The notes below the pieces were generated by a model. It did not search any database. It was not told where the DNA came from and worked only from the letters and a program-made list of their open reading frames with translations. The position numbers and the translations under genes are program-made. Below, in pieces: positions 8,707-17,165 of a stretch of 64,000 nt of DNA. This DNA comes from Patescibacteria group bacterium (GTDB taxonomy: Bacteria; Patescibacteriota; Minisyncoccia; Phycocordibacterales; PALSA-1337): NCBI GenBank assembly GCA_018970245.1, contig JAGWWT010000003.1:3519-67518 (forward strand), given 5' to 3'. Positions within the stretch are counted from its first letter, which is position 1. Each line of letters opens with the position of its first letter.

Positions 8707-9132
8707 TCAGGAGCGCGATACGACTTTCGTCTTGACCGGGAGCTTCGTGCCGGCTTTGCGGAGCGCTTCAGCGGCCACAGCTGCCTCGACGCCGTCGATC
8801 TCGAACATGATGCGGCCAGGCTTGACCTCGGCGATGAAGCCCTGCGGGTCGCCCTTGCCCTTCCCCATCTTGACTTCGGCCGGCTTCTGCGTGAAAGGAT
8901 GATCAGGGAAAACGCGGATCCAGACCTTGCCGGATTTGGTGGCGTAGCGGGCCATGACCTTGCGGGCGGCTTCGATCTGGTTCGAGGTCACGCGCGCATA
9001 CTTCATAGCCTTGAGACCGTATGACCCGAAAGCGAGGCCGATGCCGCGCGTCTCCGCGTGAGCAGCCTCCTTCTCGCGATGCTGTCGCATCGTGAACCAC
9101 TTCCTATGCTTTACTTTTTTGGGGAATAACAT
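8707..9132 (-). CDS. rplP: 50S ribosomal protein L16
   Basis: MLFPKKVKHRK, QIEAAR, WIRVFPD, MGKGKG. Confidence 0.98.
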   Translation of the reverse strand: MLFPKKVKHRKWFTMRQHREKEAAHAETRGIGLAFGSYGLKAMKYARVTSNQIEAARKVMARYATKSGKVWIRVFPDHPFTQKPAEVKMGKGKGDPQGFIAEVKPGRIMFEIDGVEAAVAAEALRKAGTKLPVKTKVVSRS

Positions 9133-9136
9133 GTTA

Positions 9137-9192
9137 GTTGCAGGTTACAAGTTACAGGTTACAGGTGTCACCTGCTACCTGCAACCTGTTAC
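9137..9192. repeat. Palindromic heptamer array (GTTRCAR)4-GTGTCAC-(CTGYWAC)3 in the rpsC-rplP spacer
   Basis: Read directly; the arms are approximate reverse complements. Confidence 0.9.
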
Positions 9193-9194
9193 TT

Positions 9195-9869
9195 TTAGGT
9201 GTTCTTCTGGTCTTTCTTGAATATCTCGCCCTTGTATATCCAAACCTTGATGCCGATATCGCCATAGGTCATATGCGCCTTCTCGCGGGCAAAATCGATG
9301 TCCGCACGGAGCGTCTGGAGCGGGATCTGGCCCTTCTTGAGCTCTTCGGTGCGGGCGATCTCGGCGCCTCCCAAACGGCCCGCCAAACGGATGCGGATGC
9401 CTTTGACTTCCTTATTGGCCATGACTTTCTCGATGGTCTGCTTCATGACGCGGCGGAAAGGCAAGCGCTTCTCCAGCGATTCAGCTACCATCATGCCGGC
9501 TATGGCCGCGTTCGACTCGGGATTCCTGACCTCTTCGATGTCTATCTTGAGCTCCTGTCCGTTCAAAGCGATGGACCTGTCATGAAGGAGCCGCATGATC
9601 TTGGCTCGGAGCTTGGTGACGCCGTCACCGGCCTTGCCTATGAGAAGACCGGGCCTGGAAGTCTTTATGATGATGCGCAGGGCCTTTTGGTTGCGCTCGA
9701 TCTCGACGCCGCCCACATAGTTGCTGCGGAGGGCCTCCGTGAGGAATTCGCGTATCACCAGATCGCCTTTCAGGGCCGAACGGTATCCTTTGTGCGAGGA
9801 GAACCAGCGGCTCTTCCAGTCGCGGATGATCCCTAGCCTATGAGAATATGGGTGGACGGTGTGGGACAT
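9195..9869 (-). CDS. rpsC: 30S ribosomal protein S3
   Basis: HPYSHRLGI, RPGLLIG, GRLGGAEIAR, PLQTLRADID. Confidence 0.98.
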   Translation of the reverse strand: MSHTVHPYSHRLGIIRDWKSRWFSSHKGYRSALKGDLVIREFLTEALRSNYVGGVEIERNQKALRIIIKTSRPGLLIGKAGDGVTKLRAKIMRLLHDRSIALNGQELKIDIEEVRNPESNAAIAGMMVAESLEKRLPFRRVMKQTIEKVMANKEVKGIRIRLAGRLGGAEIARTEELKKGQIPLQTLRADIDFAREKAHMTYGDIGIKVWIYKGEIFKKDQKNT

Positions 9870-9925
9870 GTTAGTCGAAAGTCTATAAAGTCATAAAGTC
9901 GAAAGTCTATAAAGTCATAAAATCA
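9867..9925. repeat. AAAGTC-based tandem array filling the rplV-rpsC spacer
   Basis: 50 bp identical to 7775-7824. Confidence 0.9.
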
Positions 9926-10312
9926 TTTTGCGGCAGCCTTCTTCTTGGCCGCGGGTTTAGCGGCCATCGCGCTCTTGGGCTGCTCGACCGGAGCAAGGAC
10001 GATGGACACGTGGCTCGTCCGCTTCTTTATCGGATGGGCTGAACCGCGCGACACCGGCATGAAGCGCTTGAGGGTGTACCCCTTATCGACCCGGATCTCC
10101 TTGATGAAAAGCATGCCCTTGTCGATGCTGTGGTTATGGGATGCGTTGGAGACTGCAGATCTCAAGAGGTCAGCCAGCGGAGACTTGGCTTTCTTCGAAG
10201 CCACGCCCAGTATGGCCTCGGCTTGCGAGACGCTCTTCCCGCGGATCATATCGGCCACAAGGCGGACCTTGCGGGGCGAGATTCGGTGGTTTTTAAGCGA
10301 GGCTGTGATCAT
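9923..10312 (-). CDS. rplV: 50S ribosomal protein L22
   Basis: RISPRKVRLVADMIRG, SAVSNA, KRTSH. Confidence 0.97.
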   Translation of the reverse strand: MITASLKNHRISPRKVRLVADMIRGKSVSQAEAILGVASKKAKSPLADLLRSAVSNASHNHSIDKGMLFIKEIRVDKGYTLKRFMPVSRGSAHPIKKRTSHVSIVLAPVEQPKSAMAAKPAAKKKAAAK

Positions 10313-10318
10313 TTTCTA

Positions 10319-10669
10319 TTATTTCTTAGTTGCGGCTGTGGTCGCTGCCTCCTTGGCTGCCTTTGCGGCGTTGAGCTCGGCTTCCTTGGCCTTCATCTCG
10401 ATCTCCTTCTGCATCTTTCCGCCATGGCGGACGAACTTCCTGGTCGGCGAGAACTCGCCGAGCCTGTGGCCGACCATATCTTCGGTTACGAAAACGTCCA
10501 CATGGGACTTGCCATTATGGACGCCGAAGGTGAAACCGACCATCTCTGGAGCGATCTGGGAGCGGCGGGCCCACGTCTTTATCGTGCCCAAAGAGCCCGG
10601 CTTCTTGCCGGTGATCTTCTTCATGAGATTCTCGTCAACGTATGGGCCTTTCTTTAGGCTTCTGGACAT
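10319..10669 (-). CDS. rpsS: 30S ribosomal protein S19 with C-terminal Ala/Lys tail
   Basis: [28 protein letters not shown]. Confidence 0.98.
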   Translation of the reverse strand: MSRSLKKGPYVDENLMKKITGKKPGSLGTIKTWARRSQIAPEMVGFTFGVHNGKSHVDVFVTEDMVGHRLGEFSPTRKFVRHGGKMQKEIEMKAKEAELNAAKAAKEAATTAATKK

Positions 10670-10769
10670 GGATGTTTTATTTCGATCCTGGATCTCAGCT
10701 AGATGCCTCTGCGAACAGCTGCGTTTCGTAGCCGGTCAGAATAAAAAAGTGGCTCAAATGAGCGTGGTG

Positions 10770-10800
10770 GCATGTTAACAGAGCCGTCATTTTAAGTCAA
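10770..10800 (-). promoter_or_regulatory. sigma70 promoter upstream of rpsS
   Basis: TTGACT-N17-TAACAT with extended TG; 29/31 identical to 13921-13951. Confidence 0.8.
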
Positions 10801-10887
10801 GGAATCGGCCGCCAGCCTCCATTCAAAGCCATGGCTGCTGGTCCGAGATTTGATGCTCTCCCCCATCGGCGCTATAATCATGCGGAA

Positions 10888-11721
10888 ATGAACTACGAAA
10901 TATTGCTCAACGGCCAGGGGATCGTCTCTGGCAACCTTGTCGGCACCGGAGCTATCGCCATCATATCTATCGCCGTCCTCATAGGCGCCATCGTCGCAGC
11001 AGGCCGCAGGATCATCCGGAAGCTGCGCGAGAATGACACGCTCAAATACGAGTTCATCACTATAATAGCCCACAAATTCAGGACTCCTCTCACCAGCACG
11101 AAATGGCTCCTTGAAGGCCAGATATCGGACGAGACAGACCATACGAAGAAGGAGAGCCTGATCGAGATGAAGAACAATACCGAGAACCTCATCTCCATGA
11201 CCGGAACGCTGATAGAGATGACGGATACTGATAACGAATCGAAGTCTTCCTATGAATTCGATAAGACAGACCTTTGCGACATCGTGAAGTCTGTAGCGGA
11301 TGCCCACAAGAGCATGTTCCACGAGAAGAACCTGTTCTTCTCTGTCAGGTGCGAAGCGGAAGGCGTCATAGTGAATGCCGACAAGCCCCGCCTGGAATTC
11401 GTCCTCCAAACTCTCATGGAAAATGCCAAATCATACACGCCGCCAGGTCGGAATGTCGAGGTCATCGTGGGCAAGAATGGCAGGTTCGGGACGGTCTCAG
11501 TGATCGACAGCGGCATAGGCATAGCGCCGCAGGACATGAGGCACATCTTCACCAAGTTCTACAGGACAAAAAACGCCCAGCAGATGGATACTGAGGGCTT
11601 CGGTGTCGGGCTTTTCTTGGCCCGATCGGTCATAAAGCGCCACAAGGGCCGACTAGAAGTCAGCTCGCCCGGAATAGACCAAGGCACGACTTTCACTCTT
11701 TCCCTGCCGCTGGCCAGATAA
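10888..11721 (+). CDS. Orphan membrane sensor histidine kinase (HisKA + HATPase_c) with a minimal sensor region
   Basis: One TM; H-box AHKFRTPLT; ENAKSY, DSGIGI, FTKFYR, GFGVGLF, GTTF; TATAAT 9 nt upstream of ATG 10888. Confidence 0.88.
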   Translation: MNYEILLNGQGIVSGNLVGTGAIAIISIAVLIGAIVAAGRRIIRKLRENDTLKYEFITIIAHKFRTPLTSTKWLLEGQISDETDHTKKESLIEMKNNTENLISMTGTLIEMTDTDNESKSSYEFDKTDLCDIVKSVADAHKSMFHEKNLFFSVRCEAEGVIVNADKPRLEFVLQTLMENAKSYTPPGRNVEVIVGKNGRFGTVSVIDSGIGIAPQDMRHIFTKFYRTKNAQQMDTEGFGVGLFLARSVIKRHKGRLEVSSPGIDQGTTFTLSLPLAR

Positions 11722-11872
11722 CGGCTATTTTGGGCGCTTTTACGCCGCAGAGGCTGGCTCACTTGCCTATGATCAAGCGCACGAGCTTGGCGATCACGAA
11801 TTTAGTGGATTTTGAGAGTATGTCGTACATGCTTTTGTGGAGAATGGGCCGATTGACCGTCTGGACCAGCGC

Positions 11873-12727
11873 TTAGCTGGCTGCTCGCATGTTCTTGCCC
11901 GGCTCGCGTCTGGAGACGATGTAGACATTCGAATACTTCTTTGAGCGGCGAGTCTTCTGGCCCTTGCCGGCTGGCTTGCCCCAGCGCGTCTTCAAGCGTC
12001 TGAGACCGCGGCCTTGGCGCTGTTCGCCGCCGCCGTAAGGATGGTCGACAGGGTTCTGTGCCGTGCCGCGGACGGTCGGGCGGATGCCGAGCCAGCGTGA
12101 TCGGCCAGCCTTGCCGATGTGGACCAAGCGGTTCTCTTCGTTAGAAACGGCGCCTATGGAAGCCCAAGCGTCCTCATGGATCTTGCGGACCTCGGTCGAA
12201 GGCATCTTTATATGGGTGTAGCCGGCGTCATTGGCGATGACCTGAGCGAACGAGCCGGCCGAACGGACGAGCTTGGCGCCAGAGCCTGGTTTGACCTCGA
12301 TGTTGTAGACGAAGGTGCCGACCGGGATCTTCTTTAGCGGCAAACGGTTTCCGGTCTCGATAGGGGCGTTCTCGGACACGAGGAAGGAATTGCCGACCTT
12401 CATGGTCTTCGGCAGGAGGACATAGCGCTTGGTGCCGTCCTTGTAGTCGACGATGCCGACATAGCCGGTGCGGAACGGATCATATTCTACGGTCTTGACC
12501 GTGGCGACCATGTCTTTCTTGTCATACATGAAGTCGATCTCTCGATAGAGCTTCTTGTGGCCGGCGCCCTTGTGGCGAACGGTGACGCGGCCGTGAGCGT
12601 TGCGCCCGACATCGCGCTTGAAACCGTGAGTGAGCGGCTTGTACGGCTCCGAAGCGGTGACGTACTCCTTGAACGGGAGGACGGTCATGTGGCGGCGCGA
12701 TTTGGTATATGGTCGGTAGGATTTCAT
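11873..12727 (-). CDS. rplB: 50S ribosomal protein L2
   Basis: GRNAHG, EYDP, GKAGRSRW, RPTVRG, NPVDHPYGGGE. Confidence 0.98.
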   Translation of the reverse strand: MKSYRPYTKSRRHMTVLPFKEYVTASEPYKPLTHGFKRDVGRNAHGRVTVRHKGAGHKKLYREIDFMYDKKDMVATVKTVEYDPFRTGYVGIVDYKDGTKRYVLLPKTMKVGNSFLVSENAPIETGNRLPLKKIPVGTFVYNIEVKPGSGAKLVRSAGSFAQVIANDAGYTHIKMPSTEVRKIHEDAWASIGAVSNEENRLVHIGKAGRSRWLGIRPTVRGTAQNPVDHPYGGGEQRQGRGLRRLKTRWGKPAGKGQKTRRSKKYSNVYIVSRREPGKNMRAAS

Positions 12728-12736
12728 GGAAATATG

Positions 12737-12764
12737 GTTACAGGTTGCAAGTCGCAGGTTACAC
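12737..12764. repeat. Heptamer array (GTTACAG-like x4) in the rplW-rplB spacer
   Basis: gttacag gttgcaa gtcgcag gttacac; the last unit contains the rplW stop. Confidence 0.8.
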
Positions 12765-13214
12765 GAAGTCGATCTTTTCGCCAGCCTTCACGGTCACAAG
12801 CGCCTTGCGCATGCCCGCGACTGTCCCCTTCTTGCCTTTGACGAAGACGTTCTTCATGGGGGTGTTGATCATGGCCACCTTGACTGGGGTGACCTTGTAG
12901 ATGGCCTTTATGGCCTTGGCGACGCTGGCCTTGTTGGCGTCCTTGTTGACCTCGAACGTGTAGACGTTCGACTGCGAAAGAAGGCCGGATTTCTCAGTCA
13001 CGCGCGGCCGGATGACCACCGAGGCGGCAACGGTCTCTTCTACGACCTTGAGCTTCGGGACGGCAACAGCCTTGGTCTTGGATCCGGACTGGACGGCTGC
13101 CTTCTGCTTCTTGGCGCCCTTGGCCGGCGACTTCTTATCGGCGACAGCCTTGGCCGCCTCGGCGCCCTGCTCGAGCTTCTCGTCTTTGCGCTTTTTGAAA
13201 CCGAATATGGCCAT
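12759..13214 (-). CDS. rplW: 50S ribosomal protein L23 with ~60-aa Lys/Ala-rich N-terminal extension
   Basis: RPRVTEKS, YTFEV, ANK, RKALVT. Confidence 0.95.
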   Translation of the reverse strand: MAIFGFKKRKDEKLEQGAEAAKAVADKKSPAKGAKKQKAAVQSGSKTKAVAVPKLKVVEETVAASVVIRPRVTEKSGLLSQSNVYTFEVNKDANKASVAKAIKAIYKVTPVKVAMINTPMKNVFVKGKKGTVAGMRKALVTVKAGEKIDFV

Positions 13215-13219
13215 GGCGG

Positions 13220-13879
13220 TTATTTCTTGGCGGTCAGAGCTTTTAGAGACTCTGCCGGATTGGCGACTATGAGGAACGTATGGTTCAGCACTGAAACGGG
13301 ATTGATGTTCCTGAATTCCTCGACGGCGACGTTCCCGAAATTGCGGAAGCTCTTCTCGACGGCCGCAGCCTTCTTGTCCAGGGCGATGATGGCGGCATTG
13401 GCCTTCTTCGTGCCCAACCTCTCATAGCCCTTTATCTTGGACAGAGAATCGAGGACGCCCTTGGCTTCCTTGGCTTTCGGCGCTTCGAACTTCACTGAAT
13501 CAAGGAATAGGATCTCGCCATCCTTGTACTTTTTAGAAAGGATCGTGAAAAGGGCCTTGGATTTGGCTTTGCGGTTGATCTTTCTGGAATAGTTCTTCTC
13601 GTTGCGAGGACCGTGCGCGACGCCGCCGCCGACCCAGATCGGCGAACGCGTCGAACCGTGGCGGGCGCGGCCTGTTCCCTTCTGCTTCCAAGGCTTCCTG
13701 CCGCCGCCGCGGACCTCACCGCGGGTCTTGGTATGGGCAACGGGCGTCCTAGAGTTTGAGTTCATGAGCCGCACGATCTCATGTACGAGATCGGCATTCC
13801 AAGGAACGTTGAAAATATCCTCGGGAAGAGAGATCTTGCCGGCTGATTTGCCCTGCTGGTTATAGACGGTCGCTTCCAT
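13220..13879 (-). CDS. rplD: 50S ribosomal protein L4
   Basis: TKTRGEVRGGGRKPWKQKGTGRARHGS, GGGVAHGP. Confidence 0.98.
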   Translation of the reverse strand: MEATVYNQQGKSAGKISLPEDIFNVPWNADLVHEIVRLMNSNSRTPVAHTKTRGEVRGGGRKPWKQKGTGRARHGSTRSPIWVGGGVAHGPRNEKNYSRKINRKAKSKALFTILSKKYKDGEILFLDSVKFEAPKAKEAKGVLDSLSKIKGYERLGTKKANAAIIALDKKAAAVEKSFRNFGNVAVEEFRNINPVSVLNHTFLIVANPAESLKALTAKK

Positions 13880-13920
13880 GGTCTCTGGATAAATAAAATA
13901 GGCTCTGTCGAGCGCGGAAT

Positions 13921-13951
13921 GCATCTTAACAGAGCCGTCTTTTTAAGTCAA
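13921..13951 (-). promoter_or_regulatory. sigma70 promoter upstream of rplD
   Basis: TTGACT-N17-TAAGAT; near-copy of 10770-10800. Confidence 0.8.
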
Positions 13952-13957
13952 CGGCTG

Positions 13958-14013
13958 GCGCGGTTTTCGCAAGGTCGAGCGCGGTTTTCGCAAGGTCGAG
14001 CGCGGTTTTCGCA
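13958..14013. repeat. 21-bp tandem repeat GCGCGGTTTTCGCAAGGTCGA, about 2.7 copies
   Basis: Read directly. Confidence 0.9.
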
Positions 14014-14263
14014 CGACATCTTGCTTTTTAGTGTTTTTTCACGACTAATTCATCAGAAATTTATCCCGACCATGTACAATGCGACAATGTATGCCTGGCG
14101 TGGCCGGGATGCTGCTGATGAAAAACTCTCTGTTAGCCAACTGAGACTCCGTGACAAACGACGGCTAAATATCGTACCGAATCACGGCTATAAATCGTCC
14201 GCAGTCTCAATTAGCTCACACCCCATTTTTAGACCATTGACCCTTGGATCACATAGGCCCACC

Positions 14264-14324
14264 CCCTTCGGCAAGCAGCCGCCCTTTGGCAAGCAGCCGC
14301 CCTTACATGACTCCTTACATGACT
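14264..14324. repeat. 18-bp repeat x2 (CCCTTYGGCAAGCAGCCG) followed by 12-bp repeat x2 (CCTTACATGACT)
   Basis: Read directly; the 12-mer duplicates the start codon of the downstream ORF. Confidence 0.85.
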
Positions 14325-14684
14325 ATTGATACCGAATACGATGATGGCCTAGATTATTTTCGGCTAGCGATCTGGGATCTGCGCCTGAAAGCCACGAGAA
14401 GCCGGCTCGCGATCCTTGAAGCGTTATATGACGAATACTCTCCACCAGAATTATCAGCGAAAGAGATCGTTGCAAAGCTTCGAACTGCTAGCCGAGCCTC
14501 GATATATCGACATCTAAGAACGTTCTTGAAGGCCTCGCTCATAGAGATCATCAGAAAAGGCCCTGACGGCTCGATCTATAGATGGTGCGATAGCAGACGC
14601 TCGATCACTCGTATCGCAAAGCCTCTATCGGGCTCTTCCGAGAGGCCTGCCGAGCTGGATAGCCGCCGAAAACCAGCCCGATGA
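14319..14684 (+). CDS. Fur-like winged-helix DNA-binding domain protein without the C-terminal metal/dimerisation domain
   Basis: LKATRSRLAILEAL...SAKEI...SRASIYRHLRTF resembles the Fur N-terminus; 3' end overlaps the permease by 80 bp. Confidence 0.6.
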   Translation: MTIDTEYDDGLDYFRLAIWDLRLKATRSRLAILEALYDEYSPPELSAKEIVAKLRTASRASIYRHLRTFLKASLIEIIRKGPDGSIYRWCDSRRSITRIAKPLSGSSERPAELDSRRKPAR

Positions 14685-15846
14685 GAGCTGAGACGCCGAA
14701 ACCTAGAGCCGCGCCATCCCACGGGAAGACGAATTGCCAGCTCACATTCAGGCCCTTGGACAAGCCGATCGATATGAGATACGCGAGCGACGCGCCGAGA
14801 AGGATCCCGACCACCCCGCCGATCACCGTCAGGAGCACGGCCTCTAGGAGGAATTGCTTCAATATATCGCCGTCGCGCGCACCGAGAGATTTGCGCAAGC
14901 CGATCTCGCGGGTGCGTTCGGTCACAGCGACTAGCATTATGTTCATGATGCCGACTCCGCCTACGAATAGAGCGATCGAAGCGACGGCGACGAGGAAATA
15001 CGTGAGCGCGCTGGTGATCGTACCGAGCCTGTTCGCCAGGTCTTGTTGGGTCTGAACCGTGAAATCGTCCTTGCTAGGATCGGTGATCCCATGCGATTCG
15101 CGCAAAGTGAGCGTTATGTCGTCGGCCGTCACCGGGACATTCTGGTCGCTGTCGGCCTGGATGATGAGGCGGTTATAGTACTTCTGGCCGAGCACATAAT
15201 CCATGGCTGTCGTATAAGGCATGATTACCATGCTATCGAAATTGAAGAGCGAGCCGCCGCCCGAGGGAGGCAGGGTGCCGACGACTTTGAAATTGCGGCC
15301 ATTGAGCCTGATCTTCTGCCCTATCGGGTCCTGATTTGTGTCCGCGAAGAGATGCTCGACGACCTTGGAGCCGATGACGACGACGTCATTCTTGGACAGG
15401 ACATCGTCTGTCGTGAAGAAATCGCCGGCAGGATGGAGGTCGAATATCTGCGCCAAAAGGTCGCTGCCCCCGAAGATTGTCACCTGGTAGACGTCAGAAC
15501 CGTACGAAGCCGACGATGCGCCGATCACGGTGGGCATTATGGCCTGAAGATGCGGGACATTGGCCTTGTTCTCGAGGGCGGTCACATCCTGCGGCTTGAG
15601 GCTGTCGCTGTATAGAGCGCTCACATCAGAGGGTCCGGTCGGCTCGCGTCCAGGGATGACGGCGATGGTGTTGGTGCCTAGCCCTTGGACTTGGCCGAGA
15701 ATGAGCGCCTGCGCACCCGCGCCGAGCGATATCACCAGCATGATTGCCGTGATGCCTATGACGATGCCAAGAATGGTCAGCGCAGATCGAGAGCGGTTCG
15801 TCGAGAGCCCCGTGAGCGCCGTTTTGAATGTGTGCTTCCAGGTCAT
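14605..15846 (-). CDS. MacB/FtsX-like ABC transporter permease
   Basis: RSALTILGIVIGI, VGGVGIMNIMLVAVTERTREIGLRK, FLLEA, YPARQAS..PIEALRYE. Confidence 0.93.
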   Translation of the reverse strand: MTWKHTFKTALTGLSTNRSRSALTILGIVIGITAIMLVISLGAGAQALILGQVQGLGTNTIAVIPGREPTGPSDVSALYSDSLKPQDVTALENKANVPHLQAIMPTVIGASSASYGSDVYQVTIFGGSDLLAQIFDLHPAGDFFTTDDVLSKNDVVVIGSKVVEHLFADTNQDPIGQKIRLNGRNFKVVGTLPPSGGGSLFNFDSMVIMPYTTAMDYVLGQKYYNRLIIQADSDQNVPVTADDITLTLRESHGITDPSKDDFTVQTQQDLANRLGTITSALTYFLVAVASIALFVGGVGIMNIMLVAVTERTREIGLRKSLGARDGDILKQFLLEAVLLTVIGGVVGILLGASLAYLISIGLSKGLNVSWQFVFPWDGAALGFGVSALIGLVFGGYPARQASRKSPIEALRYE

Positions 15847-15862
15847 CCGCCTAATTCTAGCA

Positions 15863-17164
15863 TTAATAACCAGCTGGGGGCTTTACTTTATGGCCTAACA
15901 TATCGAGATCGAGTGGATTAATTGCTGCTTTTCGAGGCAGCTTTCTGGCTATTATATACCCGATAATGATAAATATAGCCATAAGAATCGCCGCAAAGCG
16001 ATAGTTCATGGCATCAGCTTTCGGAAGATACGTCACAGCTAGTCCCCACGAAAGCGGACCCATGAAAGTGGCGAAACGTTCCATTAAAGTGTAATAAGTG
16101 AACGAACGGTTGAGGAAGCTCCTGGGTGTGAGGTGCAAAAGATACGCGCGGGTTATCGTCCAGATCGAACCGTACCACACGCCCATGACCAAGCAGGCGA
16201 TAATGAAAGCGATGAAGCCGTGAACGGCCGCGAATATCGGCAGTATCACCATCCAGCCAGCAAGATTCCAAAGCAAAACTTTCTTGAAACCGAATCTATC
16301 AGCTAGCCATCCGCTTATCGGAGCACCTATCACTCCAGCGAAGATGATAGAGATCAAGACGAGGTTTTGGGTGTTGCCGGTTATGAACATGACTTTATCC
16401 ATCCAGATCGGAAAATTATTCGAGGCCGTGGTAACGGCGTCGTTGAAAAAGAAGTACGCCAAAAGGAAGAGGCCTACTCCCGGCAGGGTGCACATTTTGA
16501 TGAATGATCCAACCACATCTCTATATTCTTTGACGATATCTATCTTCACGCAGACTTTTGTCGACTTCTCTTTGAAGAATATGAGCATCGGCAATGAAAA
16601 TATCAGGAACAAGATAGCTGCCGGCATCAAGGTGGCAGCTCGACCGTCCGGACCGATAAGGACTAGCGCGCCGCTGGCGACCGGCAAAGAGACTAGGAGC
16701 CCGAATATCTGACCGGAATAATCGCCGAACATTCCCCAACCCGATGCCAAGCCATGTTTTTCGTGAACAGCGATATCTTTGAGGAGAGGGTTGTAATAGG
16801 TATAACAGAAGAGATAAAAATATGAAGCTAGCGAAAAAGTCACGGCCGAGAGCACATAATAGGCTGGATAAATTTCAGCAATGAATCCTGTCAGAAAGAA
16901 AAAGATGAAAGAAAAGATAGTCGTCACACGCAAACCAGGCATATTCACATTGAGCTTATCAGCGACGGACCCGGCGACTGGAACAGTCAGCAAAAATAGC
17001 AGGCTAGCTCCGACAAATGTCATATTGAACCAGATGTCTGGCACGCCACGATCGACAACGAGCCATTCGGAGTAATACAAGAAGAAGACGATCAGAGCGA
17101 TAGCATGCCCAAAATTGTACATGCTCCATAGGACGAGGCGCTTGATGTCGAGGCCGGGTTTCAT
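15863..17164 (-). CDS. MFS transporter (UMF1/Atg22-like)
   Basis: About 12 hydrophobic segments; WSMYNFG, GWLADRFG. Confidence 0.8.
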   Translation of the reverse strand: MKPGLDIKRLVLWSMYNFGHAIALIVFFLYYSEWLVVDRGVPDIWFNMTFVGASLLFLLTVPVAGSVADKLNVNMPGLRVTTIFSFIFFFLTGFIAEIYPAYYVLSAVTFSLASYFYLFCYTYYNPLLKDIAVHEKHGLASGWGMFGDYSGQIFGLLVSLPVASGALVLIGPDGRAATLMPAAILFLIFSLPMLIFFKEKSTKVCVKIDIVKEYRDVVGSFIKMCTLPGVGLFLLAYFFFNDAVTTASNNFPIWMDKVMFITGNTQNLVLISIIFAGVIGAPISGWLADRFGFKKVLLWNLAGWMVILPIFAAVHGFIAFIIACLVMGVWYGSIWTITRAYLLHLTPRSFLNRSFTYYTLMERFATFMGPLSWGLAVTYLPKADAMNYRFAAILMAIFIIIGYIIARKLPRKAAINPLDLDMLGHKVKPPAGY

Positions 17165-17165
17165 G

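Noticed and set aside
1198-14324. Short repeats (13-, 18-, 21-bp and the heptamer arrays) as CRISPR arrays
   Set aside because: Units are contiguous with no unique spacers, and there are no cas genes in the window
13919-14329. 136-aa ORF with RARFSQG and PPFGKQ peptide repeats
   Set aside because: Product of DNA tandem repeats with lengths divisible by 3; overlaps the rplD promoter and has no protein-like features
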